Source of the DNA: an uncultured Methylomirabilota bacterium | Lineage (GTDB): Bacteria; Methylomirabilota; Methylomirabilia; Methylomirabilales; 2-02-FULL-66-22 | Assembly (NCBI GenBank): GCA_963705305.1 | Contig: OY970067.1 | Span: forward strand, 352,001-416,000 | DNA: 64,000 nt | Direction of reading: 5' to 3' | Shown: in pieces, positions 21,375-32,508 of the stretch | Layout of the letters: every line of letters starts with the position of its first letter | How positions within the stretch are numbered: position 1 is the stretch's first letter | Position numbers and translations under genes: made by a program | The notes under the pieces: model-generated | Database searches by the model: none | The model's input: only the letters and a program-made list of their open reading frames with translations | What the model was told of the DNA's origin: nothing

Positions 21375-21528
21375 AGCACGGCGGCGTTGCAGTTCCTCTG
21401 GAAGCCGCAGGCATCCTGTGGCAGCGATGAGCGGTGTGTGACTGGAGGATTGCGAATTGACAAGCAGGTGCAGAGATAACACGTCGCGGTCAGCGCATTC
21501 AGGTGCCTAATTCATGGAGGGAATCGAC

Positions 21529-22452
21529 ATGCGAAAAAGCAGCTCGTTTGCCGCATTGATCTTCATCGTAATTCTTGGCATTGGCGGTGGAGTAGCCTTT
21601 GCCCTGTATCGAGTCACGGCGAACCTGGCAAGCGCTTGGATTGGCACCCTAGCGTTTGTGGTCGCCCTCGTTGTGTCGCTCGCCATTAAGGTGGCGGATC
21701 AGTGGGAGCGGGCGGTGATCTTGCGGTTAGGCAAGTTCCGCGCCCTCAAGGGCCCGGGACTGTTTTTCATTCTCCCGGTCCTCGACGCGATCCCGTACTG
21801 GATTGACACCCGCGTGATCACCGCGTCGTTCAAGGCGGAAAAGACCCTGACCAAAGATACGGTGCCGGTGGATGTCGATGCCGTGCTCTTCTGGAAAGTG
21901 GTAGACCCCCAGAAGGCGGCCCTGGATGTCGCCGACTATCAAAGCGCCATCAATTGGGCCTCCCAAACGGCGCTGCGGGATGTCATCGGCAAGACCATGC
22001 TGTCGGACATGCTGGAAGGCAGGGAAAAGATTAGTCAGGAGCTGCAGAAGATCATCGATGTGCGCACCGAGCCCTGGGGCATTAATGTGATTTCGGTGGA
22101 AGTCAAGGATGTTCTGATTCCCTCGGCCCTGGAGGATGCGATGTCGATGCAGGCCCAGGCGGAACGAGAACGGCAGGCCCGGGTGATCCTGGGAGATTCG
22201 GAGCGCCAGGTGGCGGAGAAGTTTGGAGAAGCGGCCAAGACCTACGCCAACAATCCGATCGCGCTGCATTTGCGGGCGATGAACATGCTGTATGAGGGGT
22301 TGAAGGAGAACGCCACGATCGTCATTGTACCCAGCACGGCCGTGGAAACCATGCAACTCGGGAGTATTGCCGGGGTGACTGCGCTGACCATGGGATTGGG
22401 CCAGGAGCGCGTAAACAAAGAGAAGGAAAGCGAACTCAGAAAACAAGAATGA
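21529..22452 (+). CDS. SPFH/band-7 (stomatin/slipin) family protein
   Basis: QWERAVILRLG, LTKDTVPVDVDAVLFW, QAQAERERQARVI. Confidence 0.95.
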   Translation: MRKSSSFAALIFIVILGIGGGVAFALYRVTANLASAWIGTLAFVVALVVSLAIKVADQWERAVILRLGKFRALKGPGLFFILPVLDAIPYWIDTRVITASFKAEKTLTKDTVPVDVDAVLFWKVVDPQKAALDVADYQSAINWASQTALRDVIGKTMLSDMLEGREKISQELQKIIDVRTEPWGINVISVEVKDVLIPSALEDAMSMQAQAERERQARVILGDSERQVAEKFGEAAKTYANNPIALHLRAMNMLYEGLKENATIVIVPSTAVETMQLGSIAGVTALTMGLGQERVNKEKESELRKQE

Positions 22453-22691
22453 CGGCAATGTACGATGAGTGGTGTCGAGACTCGTAATCACATTGCCGCG
22501 TCCGACAACCAGCGGGGGCGGCCAACGGTTACGTCTATTGCCCGTTGGCGGCGGCACCACGCCCGACGACAGAGTAAACGGCGCGAGTGATACCGCGCTG
22601 CGACGGCATTGCGGTTCCTCTCGAAGCTGATCCCATTCTCTGGCAGCGATGATTCACCCTCGAATGGGAGTAGGAAAAAGGAAGACGACCT

Positions 22692-23108
22692 ATGCAAAAG
22701 CCAAAAAGACCGAAAAGAATGCGACAGCCAACAGGGCGGACACGGTCCGTGTCAGGCGAGGCCGCAGAAAAGGCGGACGCGACCACAGACCTCACTACGT
22801 CCGAACGCCCGCTGCATGATTATGGGGCAGAGGTATCGGAGCGGACTGATGTGCGAGTTGGTGTGCCATTGCCTCTGGGAACCTATGCACGCGGCGAAGG
22901 CGTGAACTGTGCCTTATTTAGCCGGCACGCCAGCCGCGTTCGGCTGGAGTTGTTTGATCATCCCGAAGATGCGGCGGCCGGCAGGGTGACTGATCTGGAT
23001 CCCGCGCGCAACCGCACGGGTGACGTGTGGCACGTCTGGATTGAGGGGATTCGACCCGGTCAACTCCGTGCCTATTGCGTGGACGGCCACGCCAACAGCA
23101 GGCAGTAG
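22692..23108 (+). pseudogene. glgX: N-terminal fragment of glycogen debranching enzyme
   Basis: GVPLPLG..GVNCALFSRHASRVRLELFD..NRTGDVWHVWIEGIRPGQL..YCVDG then stop; no catalytic domain. Confidence 0.8.
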
Positions 23109-23169
23109 ATCAGAGGGAGGCGAGACCGGCTCAAAGGGGATTGCGACTTCAACTAACCGCTGCTCGAAC

Positions 23170-23403
23170 CTGAATTACTACTGACTTCAAGCCGCTAGGC
23201 TCGGAATGCACCTCTGGCTGAGTGGTGTACAACGGTACCACGTATCAACGTCGTCCCTCGGTCAACTGGAAGTCGACCTGGGTTGGGTCGGGGACACACC
23301 GGGACTCAGGGGCGCCATTACCTGAGTGCGAGGGCTGAAGACTGCGTGAGCATGGGGCCCTCTATCGCCCAATGTGACTCGCCTAAAGGTGAGGGGTTTC
23401 CAC
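23170..23403 (-). mobile_element. Non-autonomous IS200/IS605-like element / structured RNA candidate, copy B (outer left hairpin missing)
   Basis: Blocks GGTCAACTGGAAGTCGAC, CTCAGGGGCGCCATTAC, CTATCGCCCAATGTG, CGCCTAAAGGTGAGGGGTTTCCAC match the reverse complement of copy A in order and spacing. Confidence 0.6.
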
Positions 23404-23475
23404 TGAGGCCGGGCGGCTGCGACGTACGGGGATACGGAGGTCGAATTCGCCTTCGGGCCGTCTGGTCCGGGGTGG

Positions 23476-24096
23476 GTGATGCACGTGGGGGCACTCCAAG
23501 GGGTCGTCGGGCACTTTACGTACCTCGGCATTTTCGCCGTGCTCGTCCTGGGCAGCCTGGGGGTGCCAATCCCCGAGGAGATGGCCATCATCGCGACCGC
23601 CGTCCTGAGCCACGCGGGTCTCATCCGGTGGTGGCTGGCGCTCCCCGTCTGCCTCCTGGGCGCGCTCTCCGGCGATATGGTGCTCTACTGGGTCGGCCGG
23701 CACTGGGGCGAGGCCGTCCTCAACTGGCGCGTGGTGCGGCTGGTACTGACGCTCAAGCGTGAGCAGTGGCTGAACGCGGCGTATCGACGGCATGCCCTGA
23801 AGACTGTCGTCACGGCGCGGTATATCATGGGACTCCGCGCCGCGGCGTTTCTGATGGCGGGCATTGCGCGCGTGCCATTCTGGAAGTTCGTCGTGGCCGA
23901 CGCGGGCGCCGCCGCACTCGGCGTCCCTTTCCTGTTCGGTCTGGCCTACTTCTTCACCGAGGAGATCACAGCCATCGCGGCCGATGTGCACCGGGGGGAG
24001 CGCTGGCTTGTGCTCGCGGGCCTCGTGGGGCTTATGGTGGTGCTGGGCGTCGGCGTGTGGCGATGGAAACGGCGTCTCGGGTCGGAACGGCCTTGA
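23476..24096 (+). CDS. DedA family membrane protein
   Basis: LGVPIPEE, GALSGDMVLYWVGRHWG, TARYIMGLR. Confidence 0.92.
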   Translation: MMHVGALQGVVGHFTYLGIFAVLVLGSLGVPIPEEMAIIATAVLSHAGLIRWWLALPVCLLGALSGDMVLYWVGRHWGEAVLNWRVVRLVLTLKREQWLNAAYRRHALKTVVTARYIMGLRAAAFLMAGIARVPFWKFVVADAGAAALGVPFLFGLAYFFTEEITAIAADVHRGERWLVLAGLVGLMVVLGVGVWRWKRRLGSERP

Positions 24097-24432
24097 GGGG
24101 GAGCAGAGCGAGGGGGATGCGCCCGACGCGTGCGACCCGCGAGGCCGCCCATCATTCCGTTCGCACACCGGAGAACGCGCCGCCCGACCGAAGGAGTCCC
24201 GGGCCGGTTCCTGTCGTGACTGTCACCAGAGGGTGACCGCTCAGCCGGGTGATCACGAACCCCTGTGAAGCCCCCCACCCATGACCCCTCCCTCAAGAAG
24301 CGCGGGCCCCGGTGCCCGCGCTAACGGAACAGTGGATTCGATCTGCGGGCGGTAGGCGGTGGAATTTGACCTTGAGGTGGGACGGATTACTTCAGCCGCC
24401 GAGTCCTACTCATCTTCATTGTTGGACTCGAA

Positions 24433-24465
24433 TGGTGCCGGGGGAGCGGCACCACAATGGAGCGA
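24433..24465. repeat. 33-bp att-like direct repeat, copy 2
   Basis: TGGTGCCGGGGGAGCGGCACCACAATGGAGCGA; contains perfect palindrome TGGTGCCG-N6-CGGCACCA. Confidence 0.75.
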
Positions 24466-24588
24466 GGCGGATTCCCCATGCGGGCTCGATTCCTCGCGTG
24501 ATTCTTTGCCCTTCGCGGCCGCCCGGCATTCCGTACACCTCCAGACGGCACATCGCCCTGCCGGGCGCGCATGCGCTGCAGGGCCTCC

Positions 24589-25500
24589 TCAGTCGTGCTG
24601 AGCGCCCGGCGTCCTGCGGTGGGCCGCGAGGAGACCGAGTGTGACGCAGGCCACCCCCAGGAGGGTGCCGGCCGAGAGCCGCTCGCCGAGGATGGCTGCC
24701 CCCAGCCCCGCCGCTGTGATCGGGCTCAGTGCAAGGAACACCGTCACCCGGGTTGGTGTGGTGTTGTTGAGGGCCCACAGCCAGAGGTAGTACCCCACGC
24801 CGCTGGCAAGACCGATGAACCCCACCGCCGCCCACACAGCCGGCGAGAAAGACGGGCGGGCGGCGAAGAAGCCCTCCCGGGCCGCGAGCAGCGCGAGGAA
24901 CCCCACCGAGGCGAGCATCGCGAAGGCGCTTACGGGTAGGATGGGATACTTCCGCAGATAGGGACGATAGAGGACGCTGGTCACCGCGCCGCATCCGGCG
25001 CTGCCGAAGGCCGCCAGGTCCCCGATCCAGGCGGCGCCGTCCCCGCCGCGCCGAATGGCTGCCTCCCCCAGGACGACCCCGACCCCCGCGATCGTCAGCA
25101 TGACGCCCACGGCTTTTGCCACGGTGAGCCGCTCGCGCCCGAGGGCCGCGCCGAGCAGCATCGTCAGGAGGGGGACGGTCGCAAAGATCAGGGCGCCGCG
25201 GGCGGAGGGGATGAAGCAGAGCGCGTAATTGAGGAGCGCAATCAAGACTCCGAACTGGATGATGCCGAGCAGGGCGATGGGAAACACATCCCGCGCCTCG
25301 AAGCGAAACCGGCGGACCATGAGGGCGGGCGGGAGGAGGCAGCAGAACCCGATGACGTACCGCAGGAGGGCCAGGGAGGCCGGGCCGGTCTCGTGCACGA
25401 CGGCACGGGTGGCCACCATGGTGGCGCCCACCAGGATTCCGGTGCCGGCCGCCGCGCCGGCCGCCAGCCTGGTTCGCTCAGGTGCCGCTGCGTTTACCAC
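24589..25500 (-). CDS. DMT/EamA family transporter
   Basis: Ten-TM pattern, LALLRY, LGRERL, ILGERLS; start approximate. Confidence 0.9.
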   Translation of the reverse strand: MVNAAAPERTRLAAGAAAGTGILVGATMVATRAVVHETGPASLALLRYVIGFCCLLPPALMVRRFRFEARDVFPIALLGIIQFGVLIALLNYALCFIPSARGALIFATVPLLTMLLGAALGRERLTVAKAVGVMLTIAGVGVVLGEAAIRRGGDGAAWIGDLAAFGSAGCGAVTSVLYRPYLRKYPILPVSAFAMLASVGFLALLAAREGFFAARPSFSPAVWAAVGFIGLASGVGYYLWLWALNNTTPTRVTVFLALSPITAAGLGAAILGERLSAGTLLGVACVTLGLLAAHRRTPGAQHD

Positions 25501-25557
25501 TGTGGACCCGCCACCCACTTGATACACGCATCCGAGGCCGGCAGCGACTGCGGCCGC

Positions 25558-26490
25558 TTACAAATCCAGCCCCCACGTCTCTCCCACCAGGGGCTTTCCA
25601 AAACTCGCGTGCGATTCGGTGCGAACCAGCTTGAAGCCGGTCTGCTCGTAGAGGTGGCGGGCGGCGGCCAGCACGTCGTTCGTCCAGAGCACGATCTTCC
25701 GGTACCCCACCCGGCGGCTGAACCGGATGCACTCCTCCACCAGCCGCTTGCCGAGACCCTGGCCGCGAGCCGACGGCTCCACGTACAGCAGCCGCAGCTT
25801 GGCAACCTCATCTGACAGACGGACGATGAAGACGGAGCCGACGATCTCCCCCTCCTGCTCGGCGATCCAGCAGCGCTCGCGCTTCGGATTGAACTCGGTG
25901 AGGAACTTGGCCACGATCTCGGCCACCAGCGCCTCAAAGCGTTCGTCCCAGCCGTACTCCTGGGCATACAGGGCCCCGTGCCGGTGAACAACCCAGCCCA
26001 TGTCGCCCGGCTCCGGAGGGCGGAGGAGGATCGGCGGCCGCTGGCGCTCGCGGGAGCCGCCCAGCAGCCGCTCGACGGTGTGGAGGGCCGCCACCAAGCG
26101 GCGTTGATCCGCCTCGGACAGGGCGCGCAGCATGGGGCCTACCTCCTCGCTCGCGCGCTTGTCGAGCGGGGCAAAGACCCTTCGACCCGCCGGCGTGAGG
26201 CGCAGGAGACTCTGCCGCCCGTCCCGTTTCGACACCTGCCGCTTGAGATAGCCGCGCCCCTCGAATTTCGCCAGGATGCGGCTGAGGTATCCCGCATCCA
26301 GCGCCAGCTCTTTCCGCAGTTCCACAGCCGTGGGGGCCTGGCGGTGCGCCAGCTCGTACAGGACCCGCACCTCCGTGAGGGAGAAGCGGCTCTTGAGCAG
26401 TCCTTCATGCAATACACCAATCTGTTTGGTATAGAACCGGTTGAAGCGCCGCACGGCGGCCACGCGCTGGTCGAGCAGGCGATCGGCCAT
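25558..26490 (-). CDS. MarR-type HTH / GNAT acetyltransferase fusion
   Basis: VRRFNRFYT..LDAGYLSRIL..DGRQSLL followed by AKLRLLYVEPSARGQGLG..AARHLY. Confidence 0.93.
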   Translation of the reverse strand: MADRLLDQRVAAVRRFNRFYTKQIGVLHEGLLKSRFSLTEVRVLYELAHRQAPTAVELRKELALDAGYLSRILAKFEGRGYLKRQVSKRDGRQSLLRLTPAGRRVFAPLDKRASEEVGPMLRALSEADQRRLVAALHTVERLLGGSRERQRPPILLRPPEPGDMGWVVHRHGALYAQEYGWDERFEALVAEIVAKFLTEFNPKRERCWIAEQEGEIVGSVFIVRLSDEVAKLRLLYVEPSARGQGLGKRLVEECIRFSRRVGYRKIVLWTNDVLAAARHLYEQTGFKLVRTESHASFGKPLVGETWGLDL

Positions 26491-26521
26491 GGGTGTCCCT
26501 CCTGTGCCATCGGTTTCGTGT

Positions 26522-26561
26522 TACTTAACATTGTCAACTATATACTTGCCTTGGTCAAGTA
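26522..26561. promoter_or_regulatory. Tandem 19-bp palindromic operators upstream of the MarR-GNAT gene
   Basis: TACTTAACATTGTCAACTA and TACTTGCCTTGGTCAAGTA. Confidence 0.65.
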
Positions 26562-26703
26562 TAATTCGAGCGAGCCGAGCGGGAGAGGTGTGAGCGGGCG
26601 GGATGATTATGGCCGCGTGTCAAGAGGCGGACGCGCTCTGCCGTCGAGCTTCGCGTGGGTCAGCCGGCAAATCCGCGATCTCTCGAATTGAACCGTCAGC
26701 CGT

Positions 26704-27078
26704 CTAGCTGACCGACCTGGCGAACGGCTTGTTGGGATCGGGCAGAGGGGTGTTGAAGGCCAGGTGGACGGTCGGCTCCGTGCCGCCGTTCCAGTTGCGA
26801 TGCCGCACGCCTGCCGGAAAGATGATGAGGGAGCCGGGACCGCAGTCGTACCGCGTGCCTTCAATGTCGATGCTCATCGTGCCCCGCAGGATGTAGAAGA
26901 TCTGATCAACGTCGTGAACGTGCATGCCGGCCGGCGAGCCGCTCCCGGGGGGCGTCTTGATGCAGTTGATCGTGCAGGTTGTGGCGCCCGAGGCGTGATC
27001 CAGCAGGCTCTGGGTCAGGCGCTCGTCGACGCCGCTCTTCTCGATCGCCGCGAAATCAACCTGGCGAACATATTCCAC
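26704..27078 (-). CDS. Cupin-domain protein
   Basis: MHVHDVDQIFYILRG, IFPAGVRHRNWN. Confidence 0.9.
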   Translation of the reverse strand: MEYVRQVDFAAIEKSGVDERLTQSLLDHASGATTCTINCIKTPPGSGSPAGMHVHDVDQIFYILRGTMSIDIEGTRYDCGPGSLIIFPAGVRHRNWNGGTEPTVHLAFNTPLPDPNKPFARSVS

Positions 27079-27144
27079 GGGGAGACTCCTTTCGAATCGC
27101 TTGGCTGACGTGCGGGAGCTTATCGCGGCCCCCCCAACTGTGAA

Positions 27145-30100
27145 TTATGACTCGGGAAATCCCGCCGCCGGGATCTGGCCCTCCGAAACGGGGACGCGCA
27201 GCTTTCCCCGTCGGCGCAGCCACTGGCCGAAGGAGTCCAGGTAGATGTAGGTGACCGGCGTGATGTACAGCGTCAGGAGCTGCGAAACCATGAGGCCGCC
27301 GACCACGGCGAGGCCCAGGGGCCGGCGCGCCTCGGCCCCCTGCCCGGCACCCAGGGCGATGGGCAGCGTGCCCATCAGGGCCGCCATGGTCGTCATCATG
27401 ATCGGGCGAAATCGAATGAGGCAGCCCTCGAAGATCGCCTCCGCGGCGCTCTTTCCCTGCCGCTGCGCCGACAGCGCAAAGTCGATCATCATGATGGCAT
27501 TCTTCTTGACGATGCCCACCAGCATGATGATCCCGACGAACGCGTAGATATTGAGGTCGTGGTGGAAAAGAAGCAGGGTGAAGAGCGCGCCGGCCCCCGC
27601 CGACGGCAAACCCGACAGGATGGTCAGCGGATGGATGAAACTTTCGTACAGGATGCCCAGAACGATGTAGATGATCAGGACCGCCATGAGCAGCAGCATC
27701 CCCATGCCGGTCAGTGATTTCTGAAACTCCTGAGCGCTTCCCTGAAAACTGGCGGCGATCGTGCGTGGCAGCATGGCGCGCCCGAGGCGGTCAATCTGGG
27801 CTACGACATCCCCCAGGGAGACGCCCGGCTTCAGATCGAAGGAGAGCGTTACCGAGGGGAGCTGCCCGAGATGATTCACCGTGAGCGGCCCGATTCCCGG
27901 AGTCAACTTGGCCACGACGCTCAGGGGGACGAGGCTGCCCGCAGCCGACCGAACGTAGAGCAGGGAGAGGACCTGCGGGTTCTCTTGGTACCGGGGATCC
28001 AGCTCCAGGATGACCCAGTATTCGTTGGTCGGCGTATAGATCGTCGAAACCTGCCTGGTCCCGTAGGCGTCGTACAGGGCATTCTCGATCTGGGCCGCGG
28101 TGATTCCAAGGGTGGACGCTTTGTCCCGGTCGATCTCCACGTGGACCTTCGGGCTCGCGATCTGCAGATCGCTGGTCACGTCCTGGACCTCCGGAAGGGC
28201 CGCGACCTTTGCCTGAAGCGCCTGCGCCAGCCTGTAGAGCTCCCCCGTGTCGGCTCCCTGCAAGGTGTACTGATAGAGGCTCTTGGTCATCTGCCCCCCG
28301 ATGCGGATGACGGGGGGGTTCTGCAGGAAGACCCGGATGCCGGGCACCACCGCCAGCTTGGGGCGCAGCTCCTGGATGATCTCGTCGGCGGAGAGCGCCC
28401 GCTCACCCCGGGGCTTCAGCATGAGCCCCAGGCGCCCCGTGTTCTCCGTGGGGCTGGCGCCGCCGACGCCGACGGCGGACATGAAGGACTCGATGTTCGG
28501 ATCCTGACGGACGATGGCCGCCACCTGCCGCTGGTGCTCCACCATGCTGTCAAAAGAGATGTCCTGGGCGGCCTCGGTGAAGCCGACGATCTGCCCGGTG
28601 TCCTCGCTCGGGATAAACCCCTTTGGCACCACCCAGAACAGGCCGCCCGTCACGAGGAGAAGGAGGCCCGAGGCCGCCATGACCATGGCGCGGTGCCGCA
28701 GGCTGCGCTCCAGCGTCCAGCGGTAGGTGGACAGCATGCCCTGGAAGAAGCGCTCGGTGACGGCATAGAAGCGGCCGTGCCGCATCTCGCCGGGCGGGCG
28801 CAGAAACCGGCTGCACAGCATCGGAGTGAGGGTCAGCGAGACGATGCCCGAGACCAAAATGGCCGCGATGACCGTCACGGCGAACTCGTGGAACAGCCGG
28901 CCGACGATCCCACTCATGAAGAGCACGGGGATGAACACCGCGGCGAGCGACAGGGTCATGGAGAGGATGGTGAAGCCGATCTCGCGCGAGCCGCTGAGGG
29001 CCGCCGCGAATGTCTCCTCCCCCCTCCATGTGGCGCACGATATTCTCCAGCATGACAATGGCGTCGTCCACGACGAAGCCCACCGAGAGAGTGAGGGCCA
29101 TGAGGGAGAGGTTGTCCAGGCTATAGCCCAGCTGGTACATGACGGCAAAGGTGCCGACGACGGACATGGGCAGGGCCAGGCTGGGAATCACCGTGGCCGA
29201 GACGTTTCGCAGGAAGAGGAAGATCACCAGGACCACCAGGCACATGGTGAGCAGCAGGGTGAATTTCACGTCGGCAACCGAGTTGCGGATCGTCTGGGAT
29301 CGGTCGTACAGGATGTCCAGGGACACCGCCGAGGGCAGTTGGGCGCGGAACACGGGCAGCAGCTCCCGGATGGCGTCCACCACCTTCACGGTATTCGTGC
29401 CGGGCTGGCGCTGGATGGCCAGGACGATGGCGCGTGCATCGTTCCGCCAGCCCGCGACCTTGTCGTTCTGCACGCTGTCGATCACCCGGCCCAGCTCTCC
29501 CAGGCGAACGGGAGAGCCGTTTCGATAGGTGACGATCAGCGGGCGGTAGGCCGGCGCGTTGAAGAGCTGCCCGCTGGCCTCGACGGAAAAGGTCTGATGG
29601 CGCCCGTCCAGGTTTCCCGTGGGCAGGTTGACATTCGCGTTCTCGATGGCGTCTTCCACCTCGTCGATCCCGATCCCCCGCGAGGCCAGGGCGTTTGGAT
29701 CCACCTGGATCCGCACGGCGTATTGCTGGGAGCCGAAGACCAGCACCTGCGAAACGCCGCTCACCATGGAAATGCGCTGCGCCATGAGGGTCTCGGCATA
29801 CTCGTCCACGGCGGAGAGAGGCATGGTCGGCGAGCTCAAGGCCAGATAGAGAATTGGCGAATCGGCGGGGTTGACCTTCCGCATGGTGGGCGGGCTGGGC
29901 AGCTCCGGCGGCAGGTACCGCTGGGCCGCCGCGATGGCCGCCTGGACGTCCTGGGCCGCGCCGTCGATGTTCCGGTCCAGGTCGAACTGCAGCGTGATCG
30001 ACGCGATCCCCTGCACGCTGCTGGATGTCATGTTGTCGATGCCGGCGATGGTGGAAAACTGCTTCTCCAGGGGGGTGGCCACCGACGAGGCCATGGTCTC

Positions 30101-30268
30101 CGGGCTGGCCCCGGGGAACTGCGTGGTCACCTGGATGGTCGGAAAGTCGACGCTGGGCAGATCGCTGACGGGAAGGAGGCGGTATCCCATGAATCCGAAG
30201 AGCAGGATGCCCGCCATGACGAGGGTCGTCATGACCGGCCGCCGGATGAACAACTCCGGAATGTTCAT
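27145..30268 (-). CDS. RND efflux permease (MdtB/MdtC-like), split by a frameshift near 29020
   Basis: FIRRPVMTTL, GFVVDDAIVMLENIVRH | REIGFTILSMTLSL, GIVKKNAIMMIDF, RFRPIMMTT; shift lies in a G-rich run. Confidence 0.9.
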
Positions 30269-31648
30269 TGCGCCTGCCCCGACGCGCCGGCGGCAATCGG
30301 CTCATTCGCCTGGACTCGCACGCCGGGGGCGAGGCGAAGCTGGCCGTCTGTCACCACCTTCTCCCCGGGAACGAGCCCCTTCTCTACAACTACTTCGGTG
30401 CCTGCCCTTCTCCCCGTCGTGACCGGGCGAGACTCCACGGTCGAGTCGGATCGCACCACATACACATACTGGCCCTGCTGGCCGGTTTGAACGGCCTGTG
30501 CCGGAACCGTCACCGCGCCGGGCTGGACAGTGAGCGTGAGGATCGTGTTAACGAACTGCCCCGGCCAGAGAGTTCCCCTCAGATTCGGAAAGGTGGCCTT
30601 GAGCTGGATGGTGCCTGTGGTGGTGTCCACGGTGTTGTTCACGAAGGTGAGCTTCCCTGTCGCGGGCACGCCCTCCTGGCCCGGCGCGATGGCCTCGACC
30701 TGGAGGCTGCCGGCGGCCAGATACTTCTTGACGTCCGCCAACGACTGCTCAGGCACGGCAAAGCTCACGTAAGTCGGGTGAATCTGATTGATCACCACCA
30801 TGGACCCGGTGTCATCCCGGGCCTTGACGGCACTGCCCACCTGCACCAGCAGGTTCCCCGTCCGGCCATCCATGGGGGCGCGGATGCTTGTATAGCCGAG
30901 CTGAACCTGCGCGTTCTTGACCGCCGCCTGATCTGCCTTCACAGCCGCCCGGACGCTTTCCACGGTGGCCCGGGCCGCCCGGATGGAGGCCTCGGCGCTG
31001 TCAATGGCGGCCCGGTCCGCCTGGATCGTCGCCTCCGCCGCCAGCGCCGTGGTGTGGACCTGGTCGTACTGCTCCTTCGAGATGGCCCCCTCGGCGATCA
31101 ACTCCTTGTAGCGGCGGTCCTGCGTCGTCGCGTTCTCCAGCTGCGCCTGGTCTCGCGCCAGGTTGGCCTCGGCCTGCTTCTCCGCCGCCAGGCTCTGGAA
31201 GACCGCCGCCTCGGCCTGCTGGAGCTGGGCGATGTCCCGCCCCAGATTGGCTTCGGCTTGGTCCAAGGCAGCCTGGAAGGGCCGCTGATCGAGGGTGAAG
31301 AGGAGGTCACCCTTCTGGACGTTCTTGTCCCTCGGTGAAGTGGATGCGGGCAACCTCTCCATCCACCTGGCTCTTGACCGTCACCGTGGTGTATGGCTGG
31401 ACGCTCCCGATGGCGCCGAGCTGCACCGGAACCGCCTTGCTAAGTACGGCGGCTACGGTCACCGGGACGGCTTCCTTCACCGCCTTCGCCTGGGCCTGAC
31501 CGTTTCCGCCGCTGGAGCAGGCCGCGAGCAGCAAGGCCGCCAGCAGCGCCACCCCATGAGACGTGGCCTTGAGTCTCAGGGGGCCTGCCTGCCGATGGCG
31601 GGCGGCGAGCCCCTGACCCACAGGACCCCAAAGATCTCCCCCGTCCAT
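30265..31648 (-). CDS. RND periplasmic adaptor (MdtA-like), frameshift near 31325
   Basis: LAAC lipobox, VTVKSQVDG..FTEGQ | VQKGDLLFTLD, IRAPMDGRTG, TGTIQLKATF, LWPGQFV; start approximate. Confidence 0.88.
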
Positions 31649-32123
31649 TCGTGCGCGCACTGTCGCGAGCCGACCCGGCGTCCCTGCGTCCTCGTTGTTC
31701 CACCATAACAGGGGTGTGTGGATGGCTGATCCTTTAGATCTCTCTGCACGCGCGGGGCGGATCGCGCGCACTCCGACGCTGGCTCGGCTCATTGGCAGCC
31801 ATCCTCACTCACGGGGCCCGGGTATAGCCCTCGCACCAGGGCCATTCCTTTCAGGACCCGCATCTGTTTGGGGCGGGACAACGTGATCCCTGTCCAGGCC
31901 CGCCCCGCCTGCCGGGCGATCCCGAAAAAGGCCGCCGTCAAAGGCGCGGAATTCCTCCGCCGCGTCTTTATCTCGGGCGCCTCGCCGGGCATGCCGCTGG
32001 TCATCCCTCACGGTCTGGGCGCAGCGCTCAGCAGGGTCCGCCGCGCTCACCGAAATCCCCCCCCCTCTCGCTCTTGAGAACCCGCGAAAGGGAGCGGCAA
32101 TATTGGGATTATATCGGGATCTA

Positions 32124-32145
32124 ATAATTAGACCAGTGAAATTAT
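32124..32145. promoter_or_regulatory. AT-rich palindromic operator candidate between divergent genes
   Basis: ATAATT-N10-AATTAT in an AT-rich patch. Confidence 0.4.
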
Positions 32146-32508
32146 GGGCATACGCCGGGGCTGCTGTCAAACGCAGAAGTTGATCATCCGTACATCGGTT
32201 GCGGGGCTTTGGGGCGCGGCGGCCCGGCGAGCTTTTCCCCGAACAGCCCTTCTGTGCGCTATCGATTCCCTTGTTTTCCTGCCTCCCGAGAGCCCCCGCA
32301 TGCGGAGTGTCAGGGGTGGCTGGCTCCCGATCGCGGACGCCCCCCCCTCCGGGCTGGCCCACCCGTCCAGCCCGTTCGGGTGCGGAACCAGATTGCCCGG
32401 CTCGCCCCGACGTGGGCGGAGAAGCGGGGAAATCGAGGGATTAACGTCTCGAGGGAACTGCAATACATTCGCTCGGCCCTGGGCCCTCGCCCTCAGGAGA
32501 GGTGCCAC

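Noticed and set aside
22520..22550. Integron attC site (GCCAAC...GTTGGC)
   Set aside because: About 30 bp is too short, there are no L boxes, and no integron integrase or cassette array is present.
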